DNA of 29,829 nt, taken from assembly GCA_031425655.1 (NCBI GenBank), contig JANPJS010000075.1, forward strand, positions 1 through 29,829. The letters are read 5' to 3'. The translations under genes and the position numbers were made by a program. How positions within the stretch are numbered: the first letter of the stretch is position 1; each line of letters begins with the position of its first letter. Origin of the DNA: Abditibacteriaceae bacterium (GTDB taxonomy: Bacteria; Armatimonadota; Abditibacteriia; Abditibacteriales; Abditibacteriaceae). The notes under the pieces are model-generated. The model was given only the letters and a program-made list of their open reading frames with translations. It did not search any database and was not told the DNA's origin. Of this stretch, positions 8,708-16,382 are shown piece after piece.

Positions 8708-9495
8708 GGTTTGCAGTGCGCTTTGACAAAGGCAACGAGTTCTTCGCATTGGAAAAAGCCCGGCCACATGTTGTGGCCCTGGCCCAGAGGAATAATCAGT
8801 TGCATCGCGCCGCCCAACGCCGCGTAGCGCGTTTTCATCAGACCGGAATTGGCTTCCAGCGGCACTACTTTGTCTACGTCGCCGTGGATGGCAAAAAGCG
8901 GCACCCCGGCTTTGGCCAGCAGTGCTAGGCGCTCCACCGGGTTGAACTCGGCCAGTCGCGTTTGCAACTCCTCCGGCGTCATCTTGAAGGCGGGCGCGGC
9001 TTTCGCAAGGCCGGGATAGCTGCTGAGGTTGCACACCGGATAGATGCCGGCGAAACCGCCGACTTTGTCGGGGTTGGCGGCGGCCCACGACAGCGTCATC
9101 AAACCGCCCCGGCTGCGGCCTAACATCACCGGCTTGCGCGAGAAGCCGCGTTTTTCGGTCAGTTCGGCGTAGAGCGCGGAAAACAGCGCATTTCCCGCCG
9201 GGCTGCCGTAAGATTCGCCCGCGTCAATGCCCGCGATGGCGATGCCCGCGTCGGTGAACTTTTCAAACATCCACTTTTCCGCTTCGCCGGGCAGGTTCGG
9301 CAAAGTGGGCGCATACCACACCCACGGCTTGGCCTTGCCATCGGCGGCGCCTTTGGCCGGGATAACAAAAGCCGTGCTGCCTTGCACCGCGAAAACTTCG
9401 CCCGGCAGCGGCAGTTTTTTGGTCGGTGGTTCAGCAGCGTGGGCGGTGCCAAACGGCGCCAACAGCAGGGCGGCGAGGGTGAAAATTGGTTTCAT
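8704..9495 (-). CDS. Exported alpha/beta hydrolase (S9-like esterase)
   Basis: GRSRGG elbow, IHGDVDKVVP, GQGH; signal peptide from ATG 9495. Confidence 0.88.
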   Translation of the reverse strand: MKPIFTLAALLLAPFGTAHAAEPPTKKLPLPGEVFAVQGSTAFVIPAKGAADGKAKPWVWYAPTLPNLPGEAEKWMFEKFTDAGIAIAGIDAGESYGSPAGNALFSALYAELTEKRGFSRKPVMLGRSRGGLMTLSWAAANPDKVGGFAGIYPVCNLSSYPGLAKAAPAFKMTPEELQTRLAEFNPVERLALLAKAGVPLFAIHGDVDKVVPLEANSGLMKTRYAALGGAMQLIIPLGQGHNMWPGFFQCEELVAFVKAHCKP

Positions 9496-9556
9496 GGTGA
9501 TAAGTGTGGAGCCAGGGTGGTTCAAAAGTCACGGGCACAGGGCGTGGCAGCCCGTT

Positions 9557-9581
9557 GTAGGGGCGAACCTTGTGTTCGCCC
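9557..9581 (+). repeat. GTAG-family REP element
   Basis: GTAG followed by a perfect 8-bp hairpin GGGCGAAC-CTTGT-GTTCGCCC. Confidence 0.75.
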
Positions 9582-9604
9582 ACTCCTATTCGGATAGGTT
9601 CTAA

Positions 9605-9763
9605 GAAACAGTCTAAAAAGTGGCGGCGACTCCCTTCCCCTTTGCCGTTTCAAGGGGAAGGGCCGGGGATGGGGTTCTGAAAAACAGCAGAACCCCACCC
9701 TAACCCTCCCTCCTGCCCAGAGGGCACCCGACGGCAAGGGGAGGGGACTTTTCAGACTATCTC
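9605..9763. mobile_element. 159-bp MITE-like element with IS5/IS1182-style terminal inverted repeats and an internal palindromic repeat
   Basis: GAAACAGTCTAAAAAGT (9605-9621) versus the reverse complement of 9747-9763 (GAGATAGTCTGAAAAGT) match 14/17. TAA lies on both sides (9602-9604, 9764-9766). Internal stems are 9632-9642/9652-9662 and 9670-9679/9688-9697. Confidence 0.65.
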
Positions 9764-12696
9764 TAAGGCGCATCGAACACATCGAGTTCCTGAAAAGCGG
9801 TGTTTTCCTGTAAATCCGTAACAGGTGAAACGACCCACAAGAGCCAGCGAAATGAGCCGAGGCCACCCTCGCGCGCAATACTCGTTGCCGTGAACAGCGC
9901 GGTTTTTTCGGCAGTGGTGTCCACAAGTGCAATGAGTGTGAATTGTGGGGCGGCGTCCACGTCGAAACCGGGGGCGGTGGTAGCGGCGCTGCCGTAGAGA
10001 GCGAACTTTTGAGCGCCGCGATTACCGCCCTGATTAAAGGAAAAGGTGTTGACCCGCGCGATGGTTTTGGCTTCGCCCAAATCAAGCTTATAAACGCCGC
10101 TGCTCACGTCGTTTCCGAAAACCGGGCCGTAGTTTTTGCCAAGATTGCCGTTGGTCAGCGAAGTTAGGGGTTCGTTGTTGGTGGGCAGATTAGCGATGAG
10201 GGCTTTGCCCGTTGCCAGATCATTGCCTACTGCCGGAGTTACCGTTTTAAACGCGCCGTCGTTGCTGCTTTCCACGGTCACTTTCACACCGGCCAGCGCA
10301 GCAGGAGGCGCGGGGGCAGTGATTTTCAGCGTTTGCGATTTTTGTTCGCGCCAGATTTCCAGCATCACCTGGCCCTTGGCGGCGCGCCATTCGCGCCTAA
10401 AATCGGCCAGAGAGTGCGTGTTTTTGCCGGCGATTTTCAGGATGATGTCGCCACTGCGCAATCCAGCCTGTGCAGCAAGACTGCCCGCCGGAACATCTTC
10501 CATACGCACGCCGATTTCGCCGGGCAAACCGGCAGCGGAGATTTCGCCGAGACCGACGACATTTTTGATTTTTGCGCCCATCCACGACGCGGTTTTCGGG
10601 TCGCGCGCCGATTTTGGATCCGTGGAAACCGCCTTGCCCGGCACCGGTAACTGTGGCGTGCGGGCGATGGCGCGCAGCTTCGGCACGCGCACGCCGAATT
10701 TATCCATTGCGAAGTTCACAAAACCGAGATTGAGCGCAGGCGAACCATTTTTCACGCGGTAATCGCCTTTGGCGGCGTCCACGAATTGCGCCTCGCCCAC
10801 GATGGATTTTTCGTCGCGTCCGCTTTGCTTTTGCAATTCGTCGGCGGGTCGCACAAGCGCAGCGTTTTGATGCAGAAAATTGGCATCTATTTCTTTGCCC
10901 CACGGCGCTTTCATGCCAATAGGCCGATAAGGCGTAAACACGATATTGCGCCGAAAAATATCTTCGCTGTTTCCATACCAAACGTGCGGGTGAAACGAAT
11001 TGTTGACGATTATGTTGTTTTGCACCACACGATAAAAACCTTCGCGGTTTTTCAAGCCGCCGTTCAGGCACAAATTATTTTCGACAATGTAGTTGGACGA
11101 ACCATCATCGAGATCAATATCCCAGCCGTGATCGCAGCGCCATCGGTTACCGCGCAAAGTAATTGGCTCAACCACATCCAGCAGCGGCAGGTTTTTATTT
11201 TCGCCCAGCGTAACAGTGTTGAGGTCAATGTCTTTTAAGCCCCAAAAGCGGTCGCGGCCCCACGAGTTAAAGCTGCCATGATCGCCGGTTTCGAGAACCG
11301 TATCGAATACGTCGCATCCTTCGATAAGGTGACCGCCCCACGCGCCGTCGCCGATGTTGATGCCCGCACGCGGCACATCGTAGATGCTGCAATGGCGCAC
11401 TGTAATGCGCGACGCCATTTCGATTTGCACGCCCGCCGTTTGCTTTTCCACACGGCCAGAGGCTTCGATTAAACAATCTTCCACAAAGCAATCGGCAGGA
11501 TAGTTTTTGCCTTGCGGGCCGGGCGTTTTATCAATGTCGTTGAAGCTCTGGCGCTGACTGTATTCAAAAAGCGGATTGCGCACGGCTTTGGGATCGCCGA
11601 CGAATGCCACGCCGTTGCCTCCCGCTTTAAAAATGTGGCAGCCGCGAATGGCGATGCGGCGATTGTAATTGTTGACGAAAACGGCGTTGCCGCCGACCTG
11701 ATCGAAAATCGCATCTTCCACGGCGCAATCTTCAGCGCCATCGAAAAACACCGCGCCGCCGCGATAAGTCGTCCAATCGCTTCGCAGCATCGGTTCTTTG
11801 TTGTCCATGAACGTGCGCGCGGCATGGCGAAACGTCAGGCCGCGCAACGACACGAACTGCACCGGCGCCGCTTCGCCGCCGCGAAATTCCACCAGATGGC
11901 GCAGGCGCACCGCTTCGATGGGCGCCGTTTTTAAATCGGTGCCGGCGGGCGGATAAAAATAGAGCGTTTGGTTTTGCACATCGTGAAACCATTCGCCGGG
12001 CGCATCCAGTTCCTCGAAGATGTTTTCCACCATACGAAACTGCGGGTGCATGCCCATCTGGCGGTTGTTCTGCCAGCCACCTTCATAAGTTACTTCGCTT
12101 TTGTCGTTTTTGCCTGTCATGCGATAGTGATAGCCGCCCCACTCGGCGCGGTGCATGGCATGAATATAACCGCCCGCCGGGTTGGCCCAGCGCGCCGCAC
12201 GCTGCGGACTGAAGGCGTCCGCCGCATAACCGTTAAAATGGCGCACCTTCGCGTCGAAATTCGGATAGCGCGCCATGTGCTGACGTTCACCGTTGACGAA
12301 CAACTGGTCACTGGAAAAGCCAGCGGGCACCTTCGCCTGCAAGATGCCGTCGCGGAAAGGCTGCCACTGCAAACTTAACTTTGCGCCGCCGCTGAGAACT
12401 GGAATTTCGTTCTCATAAGCGCGGTAAACCACCGGCGTATTGGCGCGGCCCGAATCGGCGGAAGTGAATACCATCGGCTCCGCTAAATAATAAATGCCGC
12501 CGCGCAAATAGATATTGACGGCGGCGCCTTTGGCCGAAACAAGGCGCGCCGCGCTCTGCGCTTTCTGCAATGTAGCGAAGGGCTTTTGCTTTGTGCCGTT
12601 GTTGGTGTCGGCGCCATTCGGGGCAACATAAAACTCGGCGGCACCAAGCGGCCCGCCGAGTAAAGACGCAATTAAAAGTGGCATCAGGATTCGCAT
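9763..12696 (-). CDS. GH141-like right-handed beta-helix protein with PDZ domain and C-terminal beta-sandwich (discoidin-like) module
   Basis: FYVAPNGADTNNGTKQKPFATL, ENIFEELDAPGEW, ETGDHGSFNSWGRD, RCDHGWDIDLDDGSSNY; PDZ signature VPAGSLAAQAGLRSGDIILKI; tail YKLDLGEAKTIARVNTFS...FQELDVF. Confidence 0.85.
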   Translation of the reverse strand: MRILMPLLIASLLGGPLGAAEFYVAPNGADTNNGTKQKPFATLQKAQSAARLVSAKGAAVNIYLRGGIYYLAEPMVFTSADSGRANTPVVYRAYENEIPVLSGGAKLSLQWQPFRDGILQAKVPAGFSSDQLFVNGERQHMARYPNFDAKVRHFNGYAADAFSPQRAARWANPAGGYIHAMHRAEWGGYHYRMTGKNDKSEVTYEGGWQNNRQMGMHPQFRMVENIFEELDAPGEWFHDVQNQTLYFYPPAGTDLKTAPIEAVRLRHLVEFRGGEAAPVQFVSLRGLTFRHAARTFMDNKEPMLRSDWTTYRGGAVFFDGAEDCAVEDAIFDQVGGNAVFVNNYNRRIAIRGCHIFKAGGNGVAFVGDPKAVRNPLFEYSQRQSFNDIDKTPGPQGKNYPADCFVEDCLIEASGRVEKQTAGVQIEMASRITVRHCSIYDVPRAGINIGDGAWGGHLIEGCDVFDTVLETGDHGSFNSWGRDRFWGLKDIDLNTVTLGENKNLPLLDVVEPITLRGNRWRCDHGWDIDLDDGSSNYIVENNLCLNGGLKNREGFYRVVQNNIIVNNSFHPHVWYGNSEDIFRRNIVFTPYRPIGMKAPWGKEIDANFLHQNAALVRPADELQKQSGRDEKSIVGEAQFVDAAKGDYRVKNGSPALNLGFVNFAMDKFGVRVPKLRAIARTPQLPVPGKAVSTDPKSARDPKTASWMGAKIKNVVGLGEISAAGLPGEIGVRMEDVPAGSLAAQAGLRSGDIILKIAGKNTHSLADFRREWRAAKGQVMLEIWREQKSQTLKITAPAPPAALAGVKVTVESSNDGAFKTVTPAVGNDLATGKALIANLPTNNEPLTSLTNGNLGKNYGPVFGNDVSSGVYKLDLGEAKTIARVNTFSFNQGGNRGAQKFALYGSAATTAPGFDVDAAPQFTLIALVDTTAEKTALFTATSIAREGGLGSFRWLLWVVSPVTDLQENTAFQELDVFDAP

Positions 12697-12705
12697 AATA
12701 TTCTC

Positions 12706-12892
12706 TCAATTTCGCACGCGCTGATCGGTGTTTTTTACATCGGTTTCCGAATCGAACGCAGCACCAACGGGGGCTGTCAAACCGCGCGGCACGTTGGGTA
12801 AGGCGCGGCGGTATTCATCCGGAAACAAGCCGACTTTTTCGAGCGGCACGCGCGGGAAATCGGGCAGTTTTTTCCAGAGCGGCACATCGGCG
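12706..12892 (-). pseudogene. Orphan 3' tail of a beta-helix gene (second copy of 14254-14436) ending in its own TGA
   Basis: 12710-12892 matches 14254-14436 at 175/183 nt. It encodes ADVPLWKK...NTDQRVRN-stop. Confidence 0.9.
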
Positions 12893-13154
12893 ATAACCAG
12901 ACGATTTTGCTGGCGTCCAATGATATTTTTGCTCGGCTTCATCCCAGTCGCGGCTAAACCACAGCGGTGCTTTTGCCACCCGCATTCGGGCCATAAAGCG
13001 CTACTCCCTTGAACCACGTTTGCCCTTTGAGGCCGGGCAATTCAGGGGAGATGCAGTTCTGTTCCAAATTTTTGTCGTAGTTGCTGGCCGCGAAATTCAG
13101 CGTTTGCACATCTCGAAAGGCACAGAAGTTCGATACCACGAATTGCAGAATCAT
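12893..13154 (-). pseudogene. Truncated AAA ATPase of the AAA_21/AbiEii/RloA-like type
   Basis: MILQFVVSNFCAFRDVQTLNF...VALYGPNAGGKST (Walker A), then TAG four codons after the Walker A GKS. Confidence 0.82.
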
Positions 13155-13159
13155 GAGCT

Positions 13160-13216
13160 TCAGTATCGCAACGTGCTAATCTCAAGTGCATTTTTTGCAG
13201 AAAAATTGCAAAAAAT
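13160..13216 (-). promoter_or_regulatory. Putative promoter/operator of the ATPase remnant
   Basis: Perfect 10-bp inverted repeat ATTTTTTGCA-N7-TGCAAAAAAT (13190-13216). An extended -10-like TGcGATACT ends 7 nt before ATG 13154. Confidence 0.4.
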
Positions 13217-13217
13217 C

Positions 13218-16200
13218 TCACTTTTGCAGCGCGGGTGGCCCCAGTGGCTGATCGAAAGTTATGCCTTTCCAATCGGCGAGGATTTTCAGGTATTGATACG
13301 GATCGGGCCAAGTGCGCGCGGGTTCGACAATTGTGGTTTCGGGCCATTCGTTCCAACTGGTGACGAGAATCGCGTCGGCTCCGGCTTCGGTGGCGGCGCG
13401 CAGGTATTCGCGCAAGGTTTCGCCATCGCGGCGCGGCATTTCGTAGGTTTGTTCGCTGTAGCGCGAGTTATCGTGGCCGGGATGCACCGGCAGCAGCATC
13501 TTCTTTCCGGCGCGGTGCGCGCTTTCCGCAAGATAACGATATTGGCCAACTAATTCTTCGTAGCGGTGCGCGCGAAAGTGCGAAAACGTGCTGTAAAACG
13601 CGAAGCAGTCTATGCCCGCCACGCCCAGCCAATCCGGCGGGATGTGTTTGGTTTGTTCGGGTGTCTTGGCCTTGTGGTTGTGCGCTAATTTATCCACGAT
13701 CCAATAGACCGGCCCCACTTCGCGCTCGACGTGGGCGCGCACTTTGGCAAAGGATTCGGGCGAAAGTCCCGGTTTGGCCGCCACTTGATAGAGATACACC
13801 ACCGGGCGGCCATCAATTTTGAGATACGCCGGGCTGTCTTTGAACTTTTTCAGCGCGCTCGCCAAACCGGCCTGATACACCGCGTCGTCGCTGTGAAACT
13901 GCGCCAGTTCGTCGAGCAGCGCCACTTTGAAGCCGGTTTTTTCGGCGGCGGGCAGCGTGGCTTTTTCAAAAGCGGCGTCGGTGCCGTTGTTGCGGCCCCA
14001 CCAACTCACGAGAAACGCATCAATCCCCGCCGCTTTGGCGAGGTTCATGTGCCACGCAGCGAGGTTTTGGTCTTGGCTGGAGTAAAGTCCAGCCAAAGGA
14101 TAGGCCGACGAACTCAGCGGCGGGTCGCCGGGTTGCGCCAGCGGGTTGCTATCGCCGTGCCGTTTTTTCACCGCGTCATAAGTCCAGTGACTCCACGGTT
14201 TGGCGGCTTCGGCGGTGGAATACCAAATGTAATACGCGGCCAAAGTCAGCGGTTTTCGCACGCGCTGATCGGTGTTTTTTACATCGGTTTCCGAATCGAA
14301 TGCGGCACCAACGGGTGCTGTCAAACCGCGCGGCACGTTGGGTAAGGCGCGGCGGTATTCATCCGTGAACAAGCCGATTTTTTCGAGCGGCACGCGCGGG
14401 AAATCGGGCACTTTTTTCCAGAGCGGCGCATCGGCGCGCAACAAATCTTCAAGGCGCGCGTTATCGCTCCAGCCCGCTTCTGCAAGCGGAATATCCACAT
14501 TATCGCGCACCAGTGAAAACCGCAATTCGTCCGGCGTGCCGGAAATATTCAGCGGCTTTTTGCAGGCGATAGTTAAGTTGCGTTCCATGACGTTGCCGGT
14601 GGGCAGCGCCGAATGGTTTTCGGGCAGTTTTGTCAGCGCCGGATAACGCTCGCTCCACGGCGGCTGGCGATAATTGACCGCAGCGAGACCCTTCAAAAGA
14701 TTCGCGTCTTTGTCATAACCACGCGCCACGCCGCGCGCGTCGAGATGCAGGCCGCGCTCGGCAGCGATCACAATGTTGTAGCGCACCAGGTTATCATGCC
14801 CGCCGCCGATAAAGGGGCCATAGGAAGTTCGCAAAACGACATTGCTTTCTACGGTGTCGCCGCTGTCGCTATCGTCCATATAAAACGCATTGGCGTTGGG
14901 GCTGTCGCGCACGATATTGAAGCGCAAAATATTGCCGCGACTCGTCCAATCGTGCCATGTATAAAACGCCCCCACGTCGCCCGAATCGAGTGCCACGCGC
15001 AGCACCTCGTTGTATTCAAAAATGTTGTCGTTGCCGCCGTAAAGCACTGCCGCGTGCGGCGCGTCGTGAATGAAGTTATTCGTCACGCGGCAGCCCACCG
15101 CAGCGCCTGCATCATAGGCACCAACCGCGATGCCCGGCGCATAGGTTTTCTTGCGCGCCCCGAAATAATAAATGTGGTTATTTTCGGCAAAGTGACCGGC
15201 AGGCGTCAGCGTCTTTCGGTCGCCGCCGCTCAGATAAATGCCGCCTTCGCCGAGTTCGTAAAGGTCGCAGCTTCGCACGCCATGACGAGCGCCGCCTTTG
15301 ACGACTACGCCGCTGCGCCCCAAGCGGCGCAAGGTGCAACCGACCACCGCGATATTTTCTCCGCCGCCAATTTCGATGCCGTTGCCGAGACCGTTTTCCA
15401 GAGTGAGGCCGCGCAGAGAAAGGTGCGAAACATTTTGCAGTTTCACTAATGGCGCGTCCAAATCGGAGATCGCAATTCGCGTTTTATCGAGCGGCGCAGG
15501 TGGCCATAAATACAGCGTTTTGCTCCCAAAATCTACGCACCATTCGCCGGGTTGGTCTATTTCCTCAAGAGCATTGATAACTTGCCACGGCTCTTTGCCG
15601 GAGCCTTCTGCGCCCGCATACTTCGAGCCGATGCCACCGCTCACCGGCGCGGCCATCGTGATGCTGCGCTTGGCCGGATCAATCGCTGCCACGCGCACCG
15701 CTTCGGGCTGCCACGGCACGCGCCAAAAGCCATTGACCCACAAATTGCCGTCGGCTTTCCAGCGGGCTGCGCGCTCATCGCGGAATACGAAAACGCCGCC
15801 ACGTTTTGGGGCGCCGCTGTTCCACTCGCCTTTGTCCAGCACTCGCTCCATCGTGCTGTAGCCATGGTTGGGCCAGCGCGAAAGAGGCAATCTCACGCCA
15901 TCGCCGAAGAGTTCAAATAAGCCGCCGCCATCGCGGAACACATCGGGAAACGGCCCGCTGGTTTTCAACTTCAATGGCGCTAAATCGAGCTGAAATACTT
16001 GGCCGCGCGCTGCGGGGTCGAGCCGCGCGGTTATGCTTTCGGGCACCGGGCGAAAACTCGCATTATTTATAAGGCGACCGCCGGAAAGCACGACGTTTTC
16101 ATCCCCAAACGCGCGATAAATGATGGGCGCTTGCGCCGTGCCGGAATCGGCGGCGGCGAGTTCAAAACTCGCGGTGCGATAGTAAATTCCACCGCGCAGC

Positions 16201-16382
16201 CAGATCGTGGAGCCGTCGGGCGCCTTCGCGTCACGCACGGCGTCACGCGCCCTTTCCAACGTGGCAAACGGCTGGTTTTTCGTGCCGTCATTCGCATCAT
16301 TCCCCGCGGGCGCGACGTAAAAATCGGCGGCGAAAAGTGGCGCGGAAAACAGCGACACCAACAGCAAAAGATGGATTTTCAT
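13218..16382 (-). CDS. Fusion protein: GH141-like beta-helix plus C-terminal GH99/GH71-like TIM barrel
   Basis: N part: FYVAPAGNDANDGT, NALEEIDQPGEW, DSGDVGAFY, FYMDDSDSG. C part (13218-14253): AAYYIWY, YPLAGLYSSQD, AGIDAFLVSWWG, IDGRPVVYLY, TSWNEWPETTIVEP. Confidence 0.85.
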   Translation of the reverse strand: MKIHLLLLVSLFSAPLFAADFYVAPAGNDANDGTKNQPFATLERARDAVRDAKAPDGSTIWLRGGIYYRTASFELAAADSGTAQAPIIYRAFGDENVVLSGGRLINNASFRPVPESITARLDPAARGQVFQLDLAPLKLKTSGPFPDVFRDGGGLFELFGDGVRLPLSRWPNHGYSTMERVLDKGEWNSGAPKRGGVFVFRDERAARWKADGNLWVNGFWRVPWQPEAVRVAAIDPAKRSITMAAPVSGGIGSKYAGAEGSGKEPWQVINALEEIDQPGEWCVDFGSKTLYLWPPAPLDKTRIAISDLDAPLVKLQNVSHLSLRGLTLENGLGNGIEIGGGENIAVVGCTLRRLGRSGVVVKGGARHGVRSCDLYELGEGGIYLSGGDRKTLTPAGHFAENNHIYYFGARKKTYAPGIAVGAYDAGAAVGCRVTNNFIHDAPHAAVLYGGNDNIFEYNEVLRVALDSGDVGAFYTWHDWTSRGNILRFNIVRDSPNANAFYMDDSDSGDTVESNVVLRTSYGPFIGGGHDNLVRYNIVIAAERGLHLDARGVARGYDKDANLLKGLAAVNYRQPPWSERYPALTKLPENHSALPTGNVMERNLTIACKKPLNISGTPDELRFSLVRDNVDIPLAEAGWSDNARLEDLLRADAPLWKKVPDFPRVPLEKIGLFTDEYRRALPNVPRGLTAPVGAAFDSETDVKNTDQRVRKPLTLAAYYIWYSTAEAAKPWSHWTYDAVKKRHGDSNPLAQPGDPPLSSSAYPLAGLYSSQDQNLAAWHMNLAKAAGIDAFLVSWWGRNNGTDAAFEKATLPAAEKTGFKVALLDELAQFHSDDAVYQAGLASALKKFKDSPAYLKIDGRPVVYLYQVAAKPGLSPESFAKVRAHVEREVGPVYWIVDKLAHNHKAKTPEQTKHIPPDWLGVAGIDCFAFYSTFSHFRAHRYEELVGQYRYLAESAHRAGKKMLLPVHPGHDNSRYSEQTYEMPRRDGETLREYLRAATEAGADAILVTSWNEWPETTIVEPARTWPDPYQYLKILADWKGITFDQPLGPPALQK
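14254..14436. repeat. In-gene copy of the 183-bp direct repeat (partner 12710-12892)
   Basis: Offset 1544 bp, 8 substitutions and no indels by hand alignment. Confidence 0.95.

Larger units (their letters stand above)
3150..9495 (-). repeat. Dispersed ~63-bp signal-peptide module repeated at six gene starts (3150-3212, 4368-4430, 5489-5551, 7089-7151, 8645-8707, 9436-9495)
   Basis: Consensus MKxTLTLxAALLLAPLAxLHAAD/E. Hand-counted identities among the copies at 3212, 4430 and 7151 are 52-54 of 63 nt. Confidence 0.85.

Noticed and set aside
7388..8827. Long plus-strand ORFs (479 aa here; also 16628-17611, 19668-20690, 20639-21841 and others)
   Set aside because: Antisense shadows of GC-rich minus-strand genes with no recognisable motifs.
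8708..9088. N-terminal extension of the 579-aa ORF
   Set aside because: It overlaps the hydrolase gene in another frame. The true start is ATG 8707, with signal peptide and ATGA coupling.
9522..10085. 187-aa minus ORF across the MITE/REP region
   Set aside because: Alternate frame of the beta-helix gene running into palindromic repeats; the translation is low-complexity.
12706..13017. 103-aa ORF in the track
   Set aside because: Accidental join of an off-frame ATPase remnant and the duplicated beta-helix tail; no signal peptide or RBS.
12710..14436. 183-bp repeat as a DGR template/variable repeat pair
   Set aside because: The 8 mismatches are not adenine-specific (at most 4 of 8 are A in either copy/strand) and no reverse transcriptase is present.
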